Positions 33,858 to 43,800 of a stretch of 64,000 nucleotides of DNA are shown piece by piece; the first letter of the stretch is position 1; every line of letters starts with the position of its first letter. The notes under the pieces were generated by a model. It was not told the DNA's origin and did not search any database. It worked only from the letters and a program-made list of their open reading frames with translations. Origin of the DNA: a virus; IMG/VR virus record IMGVR_UViG_3300020248_000002; one strand, written 5' to 3'. The position numbers were made by a program, and so were the translations under genes.

Positions 33858-36800
33858 GATTCTAGAAACAGGTCGTTCTTATATGAACCCTGTTGACTCT
33901 GAAGATTATACTAAGACATACACTGGAACTAATGTACCCGCAGGATACACTATACAGTTTCAAGGTGTAGGTCCTGGTGGGTACAAGTTTGGTAAAGATC
34001 AAGTATTTTACCTTGGTGAACCTACTGAGGTGTGTTTAGATAACTGTAATGCAGAGAGAACCACTATCTTTAGGTACTATAGTGGTAAGCAGCGTGATCA
34101 CGCATATACAAAGAGTGATGTTATGGAGGATACTCAGGAAGAGTTCCGTTCCTATAACAGAGAACCTCGTCAAAGGTCAGCAGCATACTTCTCTTTGATG
34201 AAAGATAGTCAAACAGGTACTTCCGCTGTGTACCGTAACTATGATTCCGTAAATAATGATACATATTTAACTACAGGAAGCGGAGGAGAGTTACTAGGGT
34301 ATATTTGGACATCTGAAAGTGCTGCTAACTCATCTGGTTTACTAAAAGGAGGAGAAAGTGTAACTCCTCTGTATGAATATAAGTTACCAAACGGAGTAAA
34401 CCGTGGTCCTGATACATTTTATACAATAAATCCCGTAACTGAGGTAAATTTAGAGGTAGGAGTTGCGGGAGTTCCTGATTGTTTGGATGCTAGACAGCAA
34501 CAATACGCATATGTGGGCATTTTTGGGTATGTAATGACCTCTACAGGTCCAAGAGGTAAGAAAAGAATAGAAAATTTAGGTGGACCGAGGAATACTGGGG
34601 AAATTTCCCGTGCAGGATGGTATAATTGGGATGAAGCGGGTAATTATGGGGAAAGAGACTACTTAGAATCGATGGATAACCCATCTCAGTCAGGTTGGGG
34701 TGGTTCTAACGTAGAAATATTGAGTACAGCAGCGTATTATGAGTGGTTTTACGGAAAAAACGGACCAGTAAAAGGTTCTGTACCAAAATCACTCAATTTT
34801 CACGATGCTTTTGAGGGACAATTCGTATATTACCTCTATGATACCTCATATCCGTGGAATGGACCCGTATATGGTATAAATTTCCTCACAACTAACGCTC
34901 CTTGTCTACAAAACTCTAATCAGCAACCTACTTATGAATATCATACCTTCAATTACACTATAAAAGAGAGTGCGTGGGTTACACAGAAGACTAGGATATA
35001 TGTTGATGCTCCTCAGAACCAAGTAGGTGCAAATGAGTCATTCTGGGGAACTTGCACTGATGAACACCGCATATTTTTTAGATATACCTCTAGCACTGGG
35101 TTTTTTGGAGTAGGAGAACGCATAAACAACTGGATGATTAGTGCGTGTCGCTATTTTGGTGATGAAATGAACTGCGGATATATGGAATTGACCCAAATAA
35201 ACAATGAAACCGCAGGAAATGCGTTCACATACAACCAATCTTTCACTTCAACCAATGGCGGGAGTATAAATGTACTAGCAGGATACGGTATAAAGGACAA
35301 AGCAGCGTTCTGGGGAGTGTATGAGTTCCCAAAAAGAGTATCTTATGTACCAGTTTCACTAAAAGAGGGTGCACTTATACCAGATCGTAACCTAGATGAG
35401 GCATTTTTAGAGGCAAGAATTGATGAATTAGGAAAAGTTGCGTCAATTAACATCATTAATAGCGGAAAAGACTACAAAGATCCCGATCTTGCGATAGAAT
35501 TTCCAGAAACATTGCGTGAACAAGGGTTTGCAGACGATATGAAGTTCCGTCAAGAGATATTTAAGAACGATACAGGTATAAATTTACAGTCAAAAGCGGT
35601 AGAAGACCCAGATTTTAAGGATGGAGAGCAAAGTTCCAAGGACGGAACAGCATCTATTCTTAATGAATCCTATAAAAACGAGTCTGGATTTAGAGGAACG
35701 TTAAGACAAGCACAGTTAAGAGCAGTTTTAGACGATCAAGGTAGTATTATAAACGTAATTATTGAAGATCCTGGTCAAGGATACAGTCCTGCGTCTCAAC
35801 CAAAGATATTAGTTGCAGAAAGATATGAGGAACAACTAGAAGAAAGGGGTACAGACAACCAAGTTCAAGATTTAGATTTACAATATAACTCAACTTTAAA
35901 GACTGGACAATTAGATCCTGAGATGCAAGAGCAGGTAAATGCCAATTTAGATAACTTTGAAGAAGATATTCCTGAGTATGATCAACCTAGAAGTGAAGGA
36001 ACAGTCACAAGTTACATTAATATGCCAGATGTTAACCCAGAAGAGATGAGTAAAGACTGTGAATCTACTCCAAAGAACTGTATTAACCTAGAAGTTGCAC
36101 CTGGATGGAGTGATATTAATAATATTTACGATACAGACACTACTTTTGCAAGTGTGCGGAGATATGCACCAGACTTTAACGAAAGAAACGCGGAAATATC
36201 GCAGATGTGGCAAATGTCCCGTGAAACATCTGATGAAGTTAACGCAGATACGGGTGGAATAGAGTCATTATATCCGCAAGGGTGTGAAGAATGGGAACAA
36301 CCAAACATATTTCACGTAAGAAGGTTCTTTGACATACCGTGTCCTTATGTAACACTAGATGCTGATGGTGAAAAGTCATTATTTGGGTTTATGCCTTACA
36401 AGTATTGTGCTAGTCAACAAGAGACTGCAAGGGTACGTGTATCTATGGAGATAGAAGGCGATGTAAGCGGTGCAGGAGCGTCTGTAAGCACTGCTTTTAA
36501 CAATTTCCTTAAAACACTACCTGCACCCACATTAACACGTCCTAGGAAGATTACAAACCTACCTAATGGAATAAAAGCACATCCTTGTTTCCAAGGAGAT
36601 GCAGAGGGTAGATGTTATCAAACCTCCGCAGGTCAATACGCATTTGTTCCTCTTGGCGGTGATGAAAATACATTTGATTACGGATTATCTGGAATGACGG
36701 AGTTAGGGCAACTACAAACGTGGATAGGAAACAATGTTAGCGGATATGGAGGAAGTACTAACTTCACTTACGGTTATAACACCGTATCAATCGCAGCGTG

Positions 36801-37155
36801 TAGCGGAGGAAAGTTACCTAATCCGTGTTGGCACAATTTTGTCACGGATGGAGTGCTAGATGTCAATAAGGGATATGATGGAGGTGGAAGTGCTCTTTCA
36901 CAAGCGGATTTGTGTAGTTCCTCACCATTACAAGCGTGTAGTGGTACAAACGGTAGTGCTCTGTACCAAGTAGTACACGCTGCTATATCCATAGATCCAA
37001 ACTTAGTCAACGCGGACAACTATATAGAGATGGGACCCTACGAGGGTACATTACTCTATCGTAATTATTCCGCAGCGAGCACAAAGTTACTAGATGACAC
37101 AATGAACAACTACGGAAACCCTTACTTTGATGAATGTGATTTAAGGTTCGACTAA
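33847..37155 (+). CDS. Large virion structural protein (baseplate/tail region)
   Basis: CTAAATA late motif at 33813; INSGKDY and EDPGQGY repeats like those in gp7; position before PAAR and gp25. Confidence 0.65.
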   Translation: MPAKILETGRSYMNPVDSEDYTKTYTGTNVPAGYTIQFQGVGPGGYKFGKDQVFYLGEPTEVCLDNCNAERTTIFRYYSGKQRDHAYTKSDVMEDTQEEFRSYNREPRQRSAAYFSLMKDSQTGTSAVYRNYDSVNNDTYLTTGSGGELLGYIWTSESAANSSGLLKGGESVTPLYEYKLPNGVNRGPDTFYTINPVTEVNLEVGVAGVPDCLDARQQQYAYVGIFGYVMTSTGPRGKKRIENLGGPRNTGEISRAGWYNWDEAGNYGERDYLESMDNPSQSGWGGSNVEILSTAAYYEWFYGKNGPVKGSVPKSLNFHDAFEGQFVYYLYDTSYPWNGPVYGINFLTTNAPCLQNSNQQPTYEYHTFNYTIKESAWVTQKTRIYVDAPQNQVGANESFWGTCTDEHRIFFRYTSSTGFFGVGERINNWMISACRYFGDEMNCGYMELTQINNETAGNAFTYNQSFTSTNGGSINVLAGYGIKDKAAFWGVYEFPKRVSYVPVSLKEGALIPDRNLDEAFLEARIDELGKVASINIINSGKDYKDPDLAIEFPETLREQGFADDMKFRQEIFKNDTGINLQSKAVEDPDFKDGEQSSKDGTASILNESYKNESGFRGTLRQAQLRAVLDDQGSIINVIIEDPGQGYSPASQPKILVAERYEEQLEERGTDNQVQDLDLQYNSTLKTGQLDPEMQEQVNANLDNFEEDIPEYDQPRSEGTVTSYINMPDVNPEEMSKDCESTPKNCINLEVAPGWSDINNIYDTDTTFASVRRYAPDFNERNAEISQMWQMSRETSDEVNADTGGIESLYPQGCEEWEQPNIFHVRRFFDIPCPYVTLDADGEKSLFGFMPYKYCASQQETARVRVSMEIEGDVSGAGASVSTAFNNFLKTLPAPTLTRPRKITNLPNGIKAHPCFQGDAEGRCYQTSAGQYAFVPLGGDENTFDYGLSGMTELGQLQTWIGNNVSGYGGSTNFTYGYNTVSIAACSGGKLPNPCWHNFVTDGVLDVNKGYDGGGSALSQADLCSSSPLQACSGTNGSALYQVVHAAISIDPNLVNADNYIEMGPYEGTLLYRNYSAASTKLLDDTMNNYGNPYFDECDLRFD

Positions 37156-37325
37156 TGACTCCAACTTACCACATCTATCTAAACGAGAAGTGTTTATTCA
37201 AAAACTTAAACCAAGAAGAGTTTGATCTCATCTGGGGTAGGATATATAAGTCCTACTTTGCGGATGAACTCACATACTCTGCTGTTTTTGAAAAAGCAGA
37301 AGACTATTCAGACGCATCTTTCTAA
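37155..37325 (+). CDS. Conserved cyanophage hypothetical (56 aa, not in track)
   Basis: MTPTYHIYLNEKCLFKNLNQEEF..IW...ASF; TAATG coupling. Confidence 0.65.
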   Translation: MTPTYHIYLNEKCLFKNLNQEEFDLIWGRIYKSYFADELTYSAVFEKAEDYSDASF

Positions 37326-37326
37326 A

Positions 37327-37854
37327 ATGGGAAAACCAATGCCAGTTGCAAGTCATAATGGTCTACCTTGTAGTGGGCACGGGATTCCTATACCTTCAAC
37401 TATTCACGCTCAACAACCTTGCGGAAGTCCACCCATACCATTTACTATCGAGATAAAAGATAAAACTTGTTGGTGGCCACCCACTCCATTGATTCCTCTA
37501 ACTGGATTGACACCTGAGAGATCATTAGTATTAGTAAATAAACTTCCTATTATGTTGGAGATGGATGTTTTTACTCCGCACATATCTCCTACTACAAATA
37601 TCATAAATTATTTGTGTCCCTGCGGAAAAGCAATGTGTATTATTCCAACACCAATAATTTGCGGATTGTTGACTATAGAAGATAAAGGTGGTATTGGTCA
37701 CGAAAGAATTTTAAACGCTACTACATTTACAGTATTTGCCCTTAAGAGAAGAGTTGCCAGAATGCTAGACCCATTAGGTGCAGGATTACCAAAAGTATCC
37801 TGGCCGTGTAAATCGGTTGTTGCTTATGGTTCACCTACTGTTCTCTGTGGTTAA
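37327..37854 (+). CDS. PAAR-like baseplate spike tip (gp5.4-like)
   Basis: CSGHG...PP...VLVN.LP...D.FTPH...H...TVF..KR.VAR..DP..C...VA.GSPTV; start corrected. Confidence 0.7.
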   Translation: MGKPMPVASHNGLPCSGHGIPIPSTIHAQQPCGSPPIPFTIEIKDKTCWWPPTPLIPLTGLTPERSLVLVNKLPIMLEMDVFTPHISPTTNIINYLCPCGKAMCIIPTPIICGLLTIEDKGGIGHERILNATTFTVFALKRRVARMLDPLGAGLPKVSWPCKSVVAYGSPTVLCG

Positions 37855-37858
37855 TCCA

Positions 37859-37990
37859 ATGGAAAAGACTAAAACGAAAAGTTTTGACGAATGGATGAAG
37901 GAAATGTTAGAAGGGCAAGAAGAAGATTTGCCAGAGATTCCTGATGCGTCAGGAATAGATATAGATATAGATTATAGTCATTCACACTGA
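37859..37990 (+). CDS. Small acidic hypothetical protein (43 aa)
   Basis: MEKTKTKSFDEWMKEM... Confidence 0.45.
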   Translation: MEKTKTKSFDEWMKEMLEGQEEDLPEIPDASGIDIDIDYSHSH

Positions 37991-38049
37991 GGGAGTACAA
38001 AAGATCTCCACTTAGAAGGAGTGCCCTCTTATAAAACTACATTATTACT

Positions 38050-38187
38050 ATGGCAAAAACTTTCAGTATGGGTCAAACTATTGAATCCAAACCTAAAAAA
38101 ACACGACAAGGCAGAGGACAACACAGTAAGTATTCTGCAACTTCTCGTAACAAAGCAAAAAAACGTTATCGAGGACAAGGTAAATGA
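38050..38187 (+). CDS. Small basic protein (45 aa, not in track)
   Basis: PKKTRQGRGQHSKYSATSRNKAKKRYRGQGK, a motif I recognise from T4-like cyanophages near gp25. Confidence 0.75.
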   Translation: MAKTFSMGQTIESKPKKTRQGRGQHSKYSATSRNKAKKRYRGQGK

Positions 38188-38321
38188 TTCGAGTAGATAT
38201 GAGTGAAGATTTTATTAAAACTGGTGGATGGTTAGTAACTATGCCCGAACGTGATAAATACTTAAAACAAATGAAAGTTTTGAGTAATGGCGTACAAGTT
38301 CAGAGCAGAACGAACTCTTAG
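38184..38321 (+). CDS. Hypothetical protein (45 aa)
   Basis: MIRVDMSEDF...; ATGA overlap; overlaps the gp25 start. Confidence 0.4.
   Translation: MIRVDMSEDFIKTGGWLVTMPERDKYLKQMKVLSNGVQVQSRTNS
38253..38260 (+). promoter_or_regulatory. Late promoter GATAAATA
   Basis: 7/8 match to consensus, 26 nt before gp25. Confidence 0.55.
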
Positions 38322-38700
38322 CAGACAATTCAAAGACTTCAGTATTCAGATGAGAGCAAATCCGAATACTGAAGATTTTACTGTGGTTAAGAATGAAAAC
38401 GCTATTAAGCAATCAGTACGTAATTTAGTATTAACTGGAATGGGTGAAAGACCATTTCAACCTAAGATTGGATCACGTTTGAGACAACTATTATTTGAAC
38501 CATATGATGTTTTTCTAGCACAAGACATAAAAGAAGAAATCATCAACGTCGTTAAAAGACTAGAACCAAGAATTAATGTTCGTCAAGTTAGAGTTTTTAA
38601 TGACCCAGAAGATGAAAACAATCTTCGTGTTGAATTTGACTATACTATTGTTGGTGAAACCTTGATACAAACTGTTGACTTCCTATTGGAGACAATATAA
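38287..38700 (+). CDS. gp25: Baseplate wedge subunit gp25
   Basis: NENAIKQSVRNLVLT..GERPFQP.IGS...LLFE...EPRI. Confidence 0.93.
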   Translation: MAYKFRAERTLSRQFKDFSIQMRANPNTEDFTVVKNENAIKQSVRNLVLTGMGERPFQPKIGSRLRQLLFEPYDVFLAQDIKEEIINVVKRLEPRINVRQVRVFNDPEDENNLRVEFDYTIVGETLIQTVDFLLETI

Positions 38701-40794
38701 ATGCCCGCAATACCCTCAAATTTAACTTCTTTAGATTTTTCGGAAATAAAAGAATCTATCAAATCTTATATGAGAACTCGAACTGAGTTCACTGATTACG
38801 ATTTTGAAGGTTCTGCTGCTTCATATCTACTAGACGTACTAGCATATAATACATATTATTCTGCTTTCAACGCTAATATGGCGATGAACGAAGCATTTTT
38901 AGAGTCAGCAACAATAAGAGACAACGTAGTAAAGATAGCAAAACAGTTAAATTATACACCTAGATCAATAAAAGCAGCAAAAGCGTGTGTTGCTTTTTCT
39001 GTACAAACTACATTTGTTGGTGCTAGTACCACTTATCCATCTACTGTAACTATTCCTGCGGGTGATGTATTTGTTTCATCTGTTGATGGTCAAGCATTTA
39101 CATTTACTGTTCCAGAACAGATCACTCAAATGGTAGATCAACAGACTGGTATTGCATCTTTTAACAAAACAATCATATATCAAGGAAACTTACTTTCATA
39201 TGAGTATGATGTTGTTGATGTTAAAAAAAGAAAATATGAAATTCCTGTTGACAACATAGATACAGACTTACTTTATGTGTCTATTTCACCTAACGCTCAG
39301 AGTGAAGAGATTGACACTTATAACCAAATTACAAATATTGTTAATGTTGACGGAACAACTCGTGGATATTTCTTAGAAGAAACTGACGATTTAAGATATA
39401 CAATTATATTTGGTGATGGTGTTATTGGTAGAGAACTAATTGCAGGTGAGGTTATAAGACTGAAATATGTTAGAACAGATGGACCAGAAGCAAATGGTTG
39501 TAAGAAGTTTACTTTTATAGGTCAAGTAAGAGATAATACTGGTCGTGCTGTATCATCTGCTAACATCTCTCTAGCGACCGTAGATGCCTCTCAGGACGGT
39601 GAAATGGGAGAAGATGTTATATCCATCAAGTACAATGCTCCAAGGGCATTCAGTGCTCAAAACAGAGCAGTCACGGAGTCCGACTATGAATACATTACTA
39701 AACTGGTTTATCCTCAAGCAAAGTCTGTTACTGCATATGGTGGAGAAAGAATCTATCCACCAGTTTACGGAAAGGTCTTTGTTGCTGTAAAAACTAAGTC
39801 TGGTGCTGCATTAAACGCAACTACTAAGAAGCGTATTAAGAATGATTTGTTGAAATACTCTATGGCAGCGATCGAACCAGTTATTATCGATCCTACAACT
39901 CTATACATACGTCCTAAGACTTATGTGTTCTTTGATGGTACTTCAACAACACTTTCTAATAATGAACTTGCTTCTAGAGTTCTAGGTGCTATTGATGAGT
40001 ACAATACTCAAGGATCTGCAAATAGATTTAATGGAAGAATTGATAGATCTGCGTTCCAAACAATGATCGACCAGTCACAAAATTCCATAGTTGGTAATCA
40101 AACCACTATGACTCTTGGTTTAAATGTTACAGGATTCCCATTTGGAAGCACATTTACTCAGTGTGTAGACTTTGGTAACTCCATAGTTAATCCTGGTGAT
40201 ATTGGTGCAGGTAATCCTTCTGACTCATCTGGAGGAATAACTTGTAGTCCTAATTTCTCATCAGTAAAGACTGGTACATTCTACTCAACAGGTTATACAG
40301 AAAATTTACTAGATCTTGCTGTATCATCTCAACAACTAACTACAAACTCAGTATTGAGTATCAGTACATTTGTAGAAAATGATGCTAGTGCACTTTTACC
40401 AGTAAACGTAAGAGATGATGGTAGAGGTAGTTTGATAATGGTTACAAAACTTGATGAAAAAGAAGTTATTCTTAAATCTGGTGTTGGAACCGTAGATTAT
40501 AAAACTGGAGAAGTTTGTTTAGGTCCTATAGACGTAGCAAGTACTCCTGATGGAACAACACGTATTCCTGTTACAGTTCTGCTAGATAGTGGTAATGTAA
40601 ATATAGGAACTGGTGTAGATCCTACTATTTTCAACCCACAAGTAATTACTATAGATTACACCATTGATGGAACTAATATTCCAAACTTCGATCCGTTAGA
40701 CTTTACTCCAATTAACTTTGACGGAACCTCGATAAATATAATTGATTATCCAACCACGGTATTTGAATACCCTGAGTTTGACACTTGCTTCTAA
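38701..40794 (+). CDS. gp6: Baseplate wedge subunit gp6
   Basis: LDF..IK...FTDYDFEGS...LLDVLAYNTYY...NE.FL.SA..R; QNRAVT..DY; PP.YGKVF. Confidence 0.93.
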   Translation: MPAIPSNLTSLDFSEIKESIKSYMRTRTEFTDYDFEGSAASYLLDVLAYNTYYSAFNANMAMNEAFLESATIRDNVVKIAKQLNYTPRSIKAAKACVAFSVQTTFVGASTTYPSTVTIPAGDVFVSSVDGQAFTFTVPEQITQMVDQQTGIASFNKTIIYQGNLLSYEYDVVDVKKRKYEIPVDNIDTDLLYVSISPNAQSEEIDTYNQITNIVNVDGTTRGYFLEETDDLRYTIIFGDGVIGRELIAGEVIRLKYVRTDGPEANGCKKFTFIGQVRDNTGRAVSSANISLATVDASQDGEMGEDVISIKYNAPRAFSAQNRAVTESDYEYITKLVYPQAKSVTAYGGERIYPPVYGKVFVAVKTKSGAALNATTKKRIKNDLLKYSMAAIEPVIIDPTTLYIRPKTYVFFDGTSTTLSNNELASRVLGAIDEYNTQGSANRFNGRIDRSAFQTMIDQSQNSIVGNQTTMTLGLNVTGFPFGSTFTQCVDFGNSIVNPGDIGAGNPSDSSGGITCSPNFSSVKTGTFYSTGYTENLLDLAVSSQQLTTNSVLSISTFVENDASALLPVNVRDDGRGSLIMVTKLDEKEVILKSGVGTVDYKTGEVCLGPIDVASTPDGTTRIPVTVLLDSGNVNIGTGVDPTIFNPQVITIDYTIDGTNIPNFDPLDFTPINFDGTSINIIDYPTTVFEYPEFDTCF
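40731..40738 (+). promoter_or_regulatory. Late promoter GATAAATA
   Basis: Inside the gp6 3' end, upstream of gp7. Confidence 0.45.
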
Positions 40795-40813
40795 GCACCA
40801 AAAATAATAAGAG

Positions 40814-43800
40814 ATGAAGTCAGTTAAGGTATCCCAACGGTTACAGGACCAGATCCCTGCGTTTATAAAAGAAGAGGATCAGTCTTTTGTAGACTTGCTA
40901 GTACAATACTACAAGTCACAGGAGAAAAGTGGTAAACCGTATGATATTTTAAACAATATTTTAAGTTATACAGATATTTCAAGTGACGAATATGATCCTA
41001 ACTTTATTTCTTCATCATCTATTGTTTTAGATCGCATAGGTGCTACTGATCAAAATATTACTGTAGAAACTGTTGATAATTTTCTTGAGAAAGATGGAAC
41101 AATAAAGATTGATAATGAAATTATTTTTTATGAAGAAACAACTAAATCACCAGAGGTTGTATTTACTCCAGGTGTCAATAAGTTAGAATTTGATAAGAAA
41201 ATACAAGAGTTAGAAAATATAAGACCTCTATTTGATGGAACTGAAACAAGTTTCCAATTAAAACTACTTGGAACTCCAATTACACCAAGTTCTGTTGAGT
41301 ATTTACGTGTTATAATAAATGGTTTGCAGTTAGAACCTAATGTTGATTATTTTCTTGATGGATCAAACATTAGATTCCAAACTCCTCCTGCAAACCTTGC
41401 AGGATCAACTACAGTAACTAAGATTGAATATCTTATAGGTTATACAAGTGTTCCTGTTAGAGTTTTAGATGTAATTAATATAACTGACGACCTTGTAGGT
41501 GCAAAAATACTTCCATTAAGGTTAAACACTGTTGTATATACACCTTTATCTACAGTATCTTGTTTGATTGCTGTAAATGGAGTGGTTCAAGAACCATTTA
41601 CTGACTACACAGTTTATAATGATCATTTAATACTAAAAAAAGCAGTATCTTTAAATGATAAGATTACTGTAAGGTCTGTTGAACTAATTGCACCTCAATT
41701 TGGTAAAGGTGCTTCTGCTATTGCTAGAGTTAGTGATAATAAAGTTACAGATTTAATTGTAAAAAATGGTGGTCAAGATTATAGAATTAATTTCACACCA
41801 AAAGTAACTATTCTTACTCCAGAAGGTGTAACTGGTAAAGAAGCGACTGCTGAAGCACTTGTAAATGGTATTAAGAATGTACAATTAATTGATGGTGGTC
41901 AAGGTTATACTTCTGCTAACCCTCCTGTAGTTGTATTTGATACACCCGCAGATCCTTCTGGTTCTATAGCAAAAGCAACTGTAACTGTTGATGATGCTAC
42001 TGGTCAAGTCACAGGAATTAACGTACAATCATCTGGATCTGGATATGACACTATTCCATCCATTAGTTTTACAAATGCAGCAGGTGCAACTATTAGTGAT
42101 GCTCAAATTGACTCGGAAGGAAAGGTAGTTGATGGATCTATCCAAGTATTAACTAAAGGATTACATTATACAACTGCTCCAGAAGTCTATATTGATGCTC
42201 CTGTTGATCCTATTGGTATTAGAGCATCTGCCATAGCAGTTTTAGATGATCAGAGCAGAGTAGACAGGATTGAAATGATTTCTCCTGGTAGAGGATATGT
42301 AACTCCTCCTAGATGTCGTATTATTGATCCTATAGGTGCTCAAATACTTGATGTTAAGGTATCTGGTGGTAAATTAACTGATATTCAACTTTTAACTGGT
42401 GGATCTGGTTACAATGATGCACCATCTGTTTATATTGTTGATAATAGAAAGAATTTATCTGGTGAAGCAATAGGTGGAACTGGAGCAACTGCTGTTGCAA
42501 CAATATTCAATGGTGAAATTACTGATATTAATATAACAAGTTTTGGTGATGGATATTCTGATACTGAACCTCCACAAGTCTTTATCGCAAGTCCAAAAGC
42601 AGCAGCAGCGTCTTGTGATGTTGGATTTCAAGAAATAACTGGTTTTACAGTTCATTCACACGGTTCTGAATATCAACCATCACAATTTAAGAATTGTAAA
42701 AGAGGAGTTTCTGGTGTTTCTTCATATGATATTAGAGGAAACCAAGTATTTACTAATGAAGCACAAAGTATTCAATCTTCACACGAAGTTGGAACTTCTA
42801 TAGAAAATTTAGATTCTTTATTTGCAAAAACACTATATGAACGTTTTGTAAATCAATTCTTACCTGATGCTGATATTGATTACACTACAATCAACGCTCC
42901 ACAGATTGTTAAGACAATTAAAGACTTTTATGTCTCTAAAGGTACAAAAACTGCTACAGAATACTTATTTAAAATATTATTCTCTGAAAATGTTGATGTT
43001 TCATATCCAAAAGATGAATTAATCAAACCATCTGCTGCAACTTGGTCTGTTGACACTATTATTCGTGTTGAATTGATAAGTGGTAATCCAGTTGATATTT
43101 TAGACTCTCAATTATTCCAATATGCAGATGCTGTAGATACAACTGTTGGAAATGCTGTATGTTTAGTTGAAAACGTTATTGCAATCAACACTGGTGATAG
43201 AACAATCTATGAATTATCAATATCTGAGGAAACTTTAGAAGGTAAGTTCTCAATACCTTATAAAACCACTCTTGTAGAACCACTAACGACAACTGAGTCT
43301 ATTATAACTGTTGACTCTACTATTGGGTGGCCAGAAAGAAACGGTATCATCATTATGGGTGATAGTGAAAGAATACAATATAAAGAAAAATCATTAAACC
43401 AGTTTATTGAGTGTACACGTTCTAAAAATGGTATTGTAGAAGATTGGGATTCTGGTACTCCAATTTACTCTGATATTTTCTGTTATATCAATAGAGGACT
43501 AGATACTGAAGTAAAATTACGTGTTCTTGGTATTGCTGAAGCAACAGGAACAGTTCTTACTGATACTGGTTCATATTATCTTCCTAGTGACAAATTAAAC
43601 GTAGCATCTCTTGGTTCTTCATCTACAGATCAGAGAGTTACATCTTGGTTATATAATGTTAAAAAATTAATCTCTGTAAACAATATTGAACCAGGTGGTC
43701 TTAATAACCAGACTGCAACTGTTTACACTACAAATAATCACGGTCTTCTTGTTGGTGACTCTGTAACAATCTATGGTGCAAACCCAACGATATTTAACGG

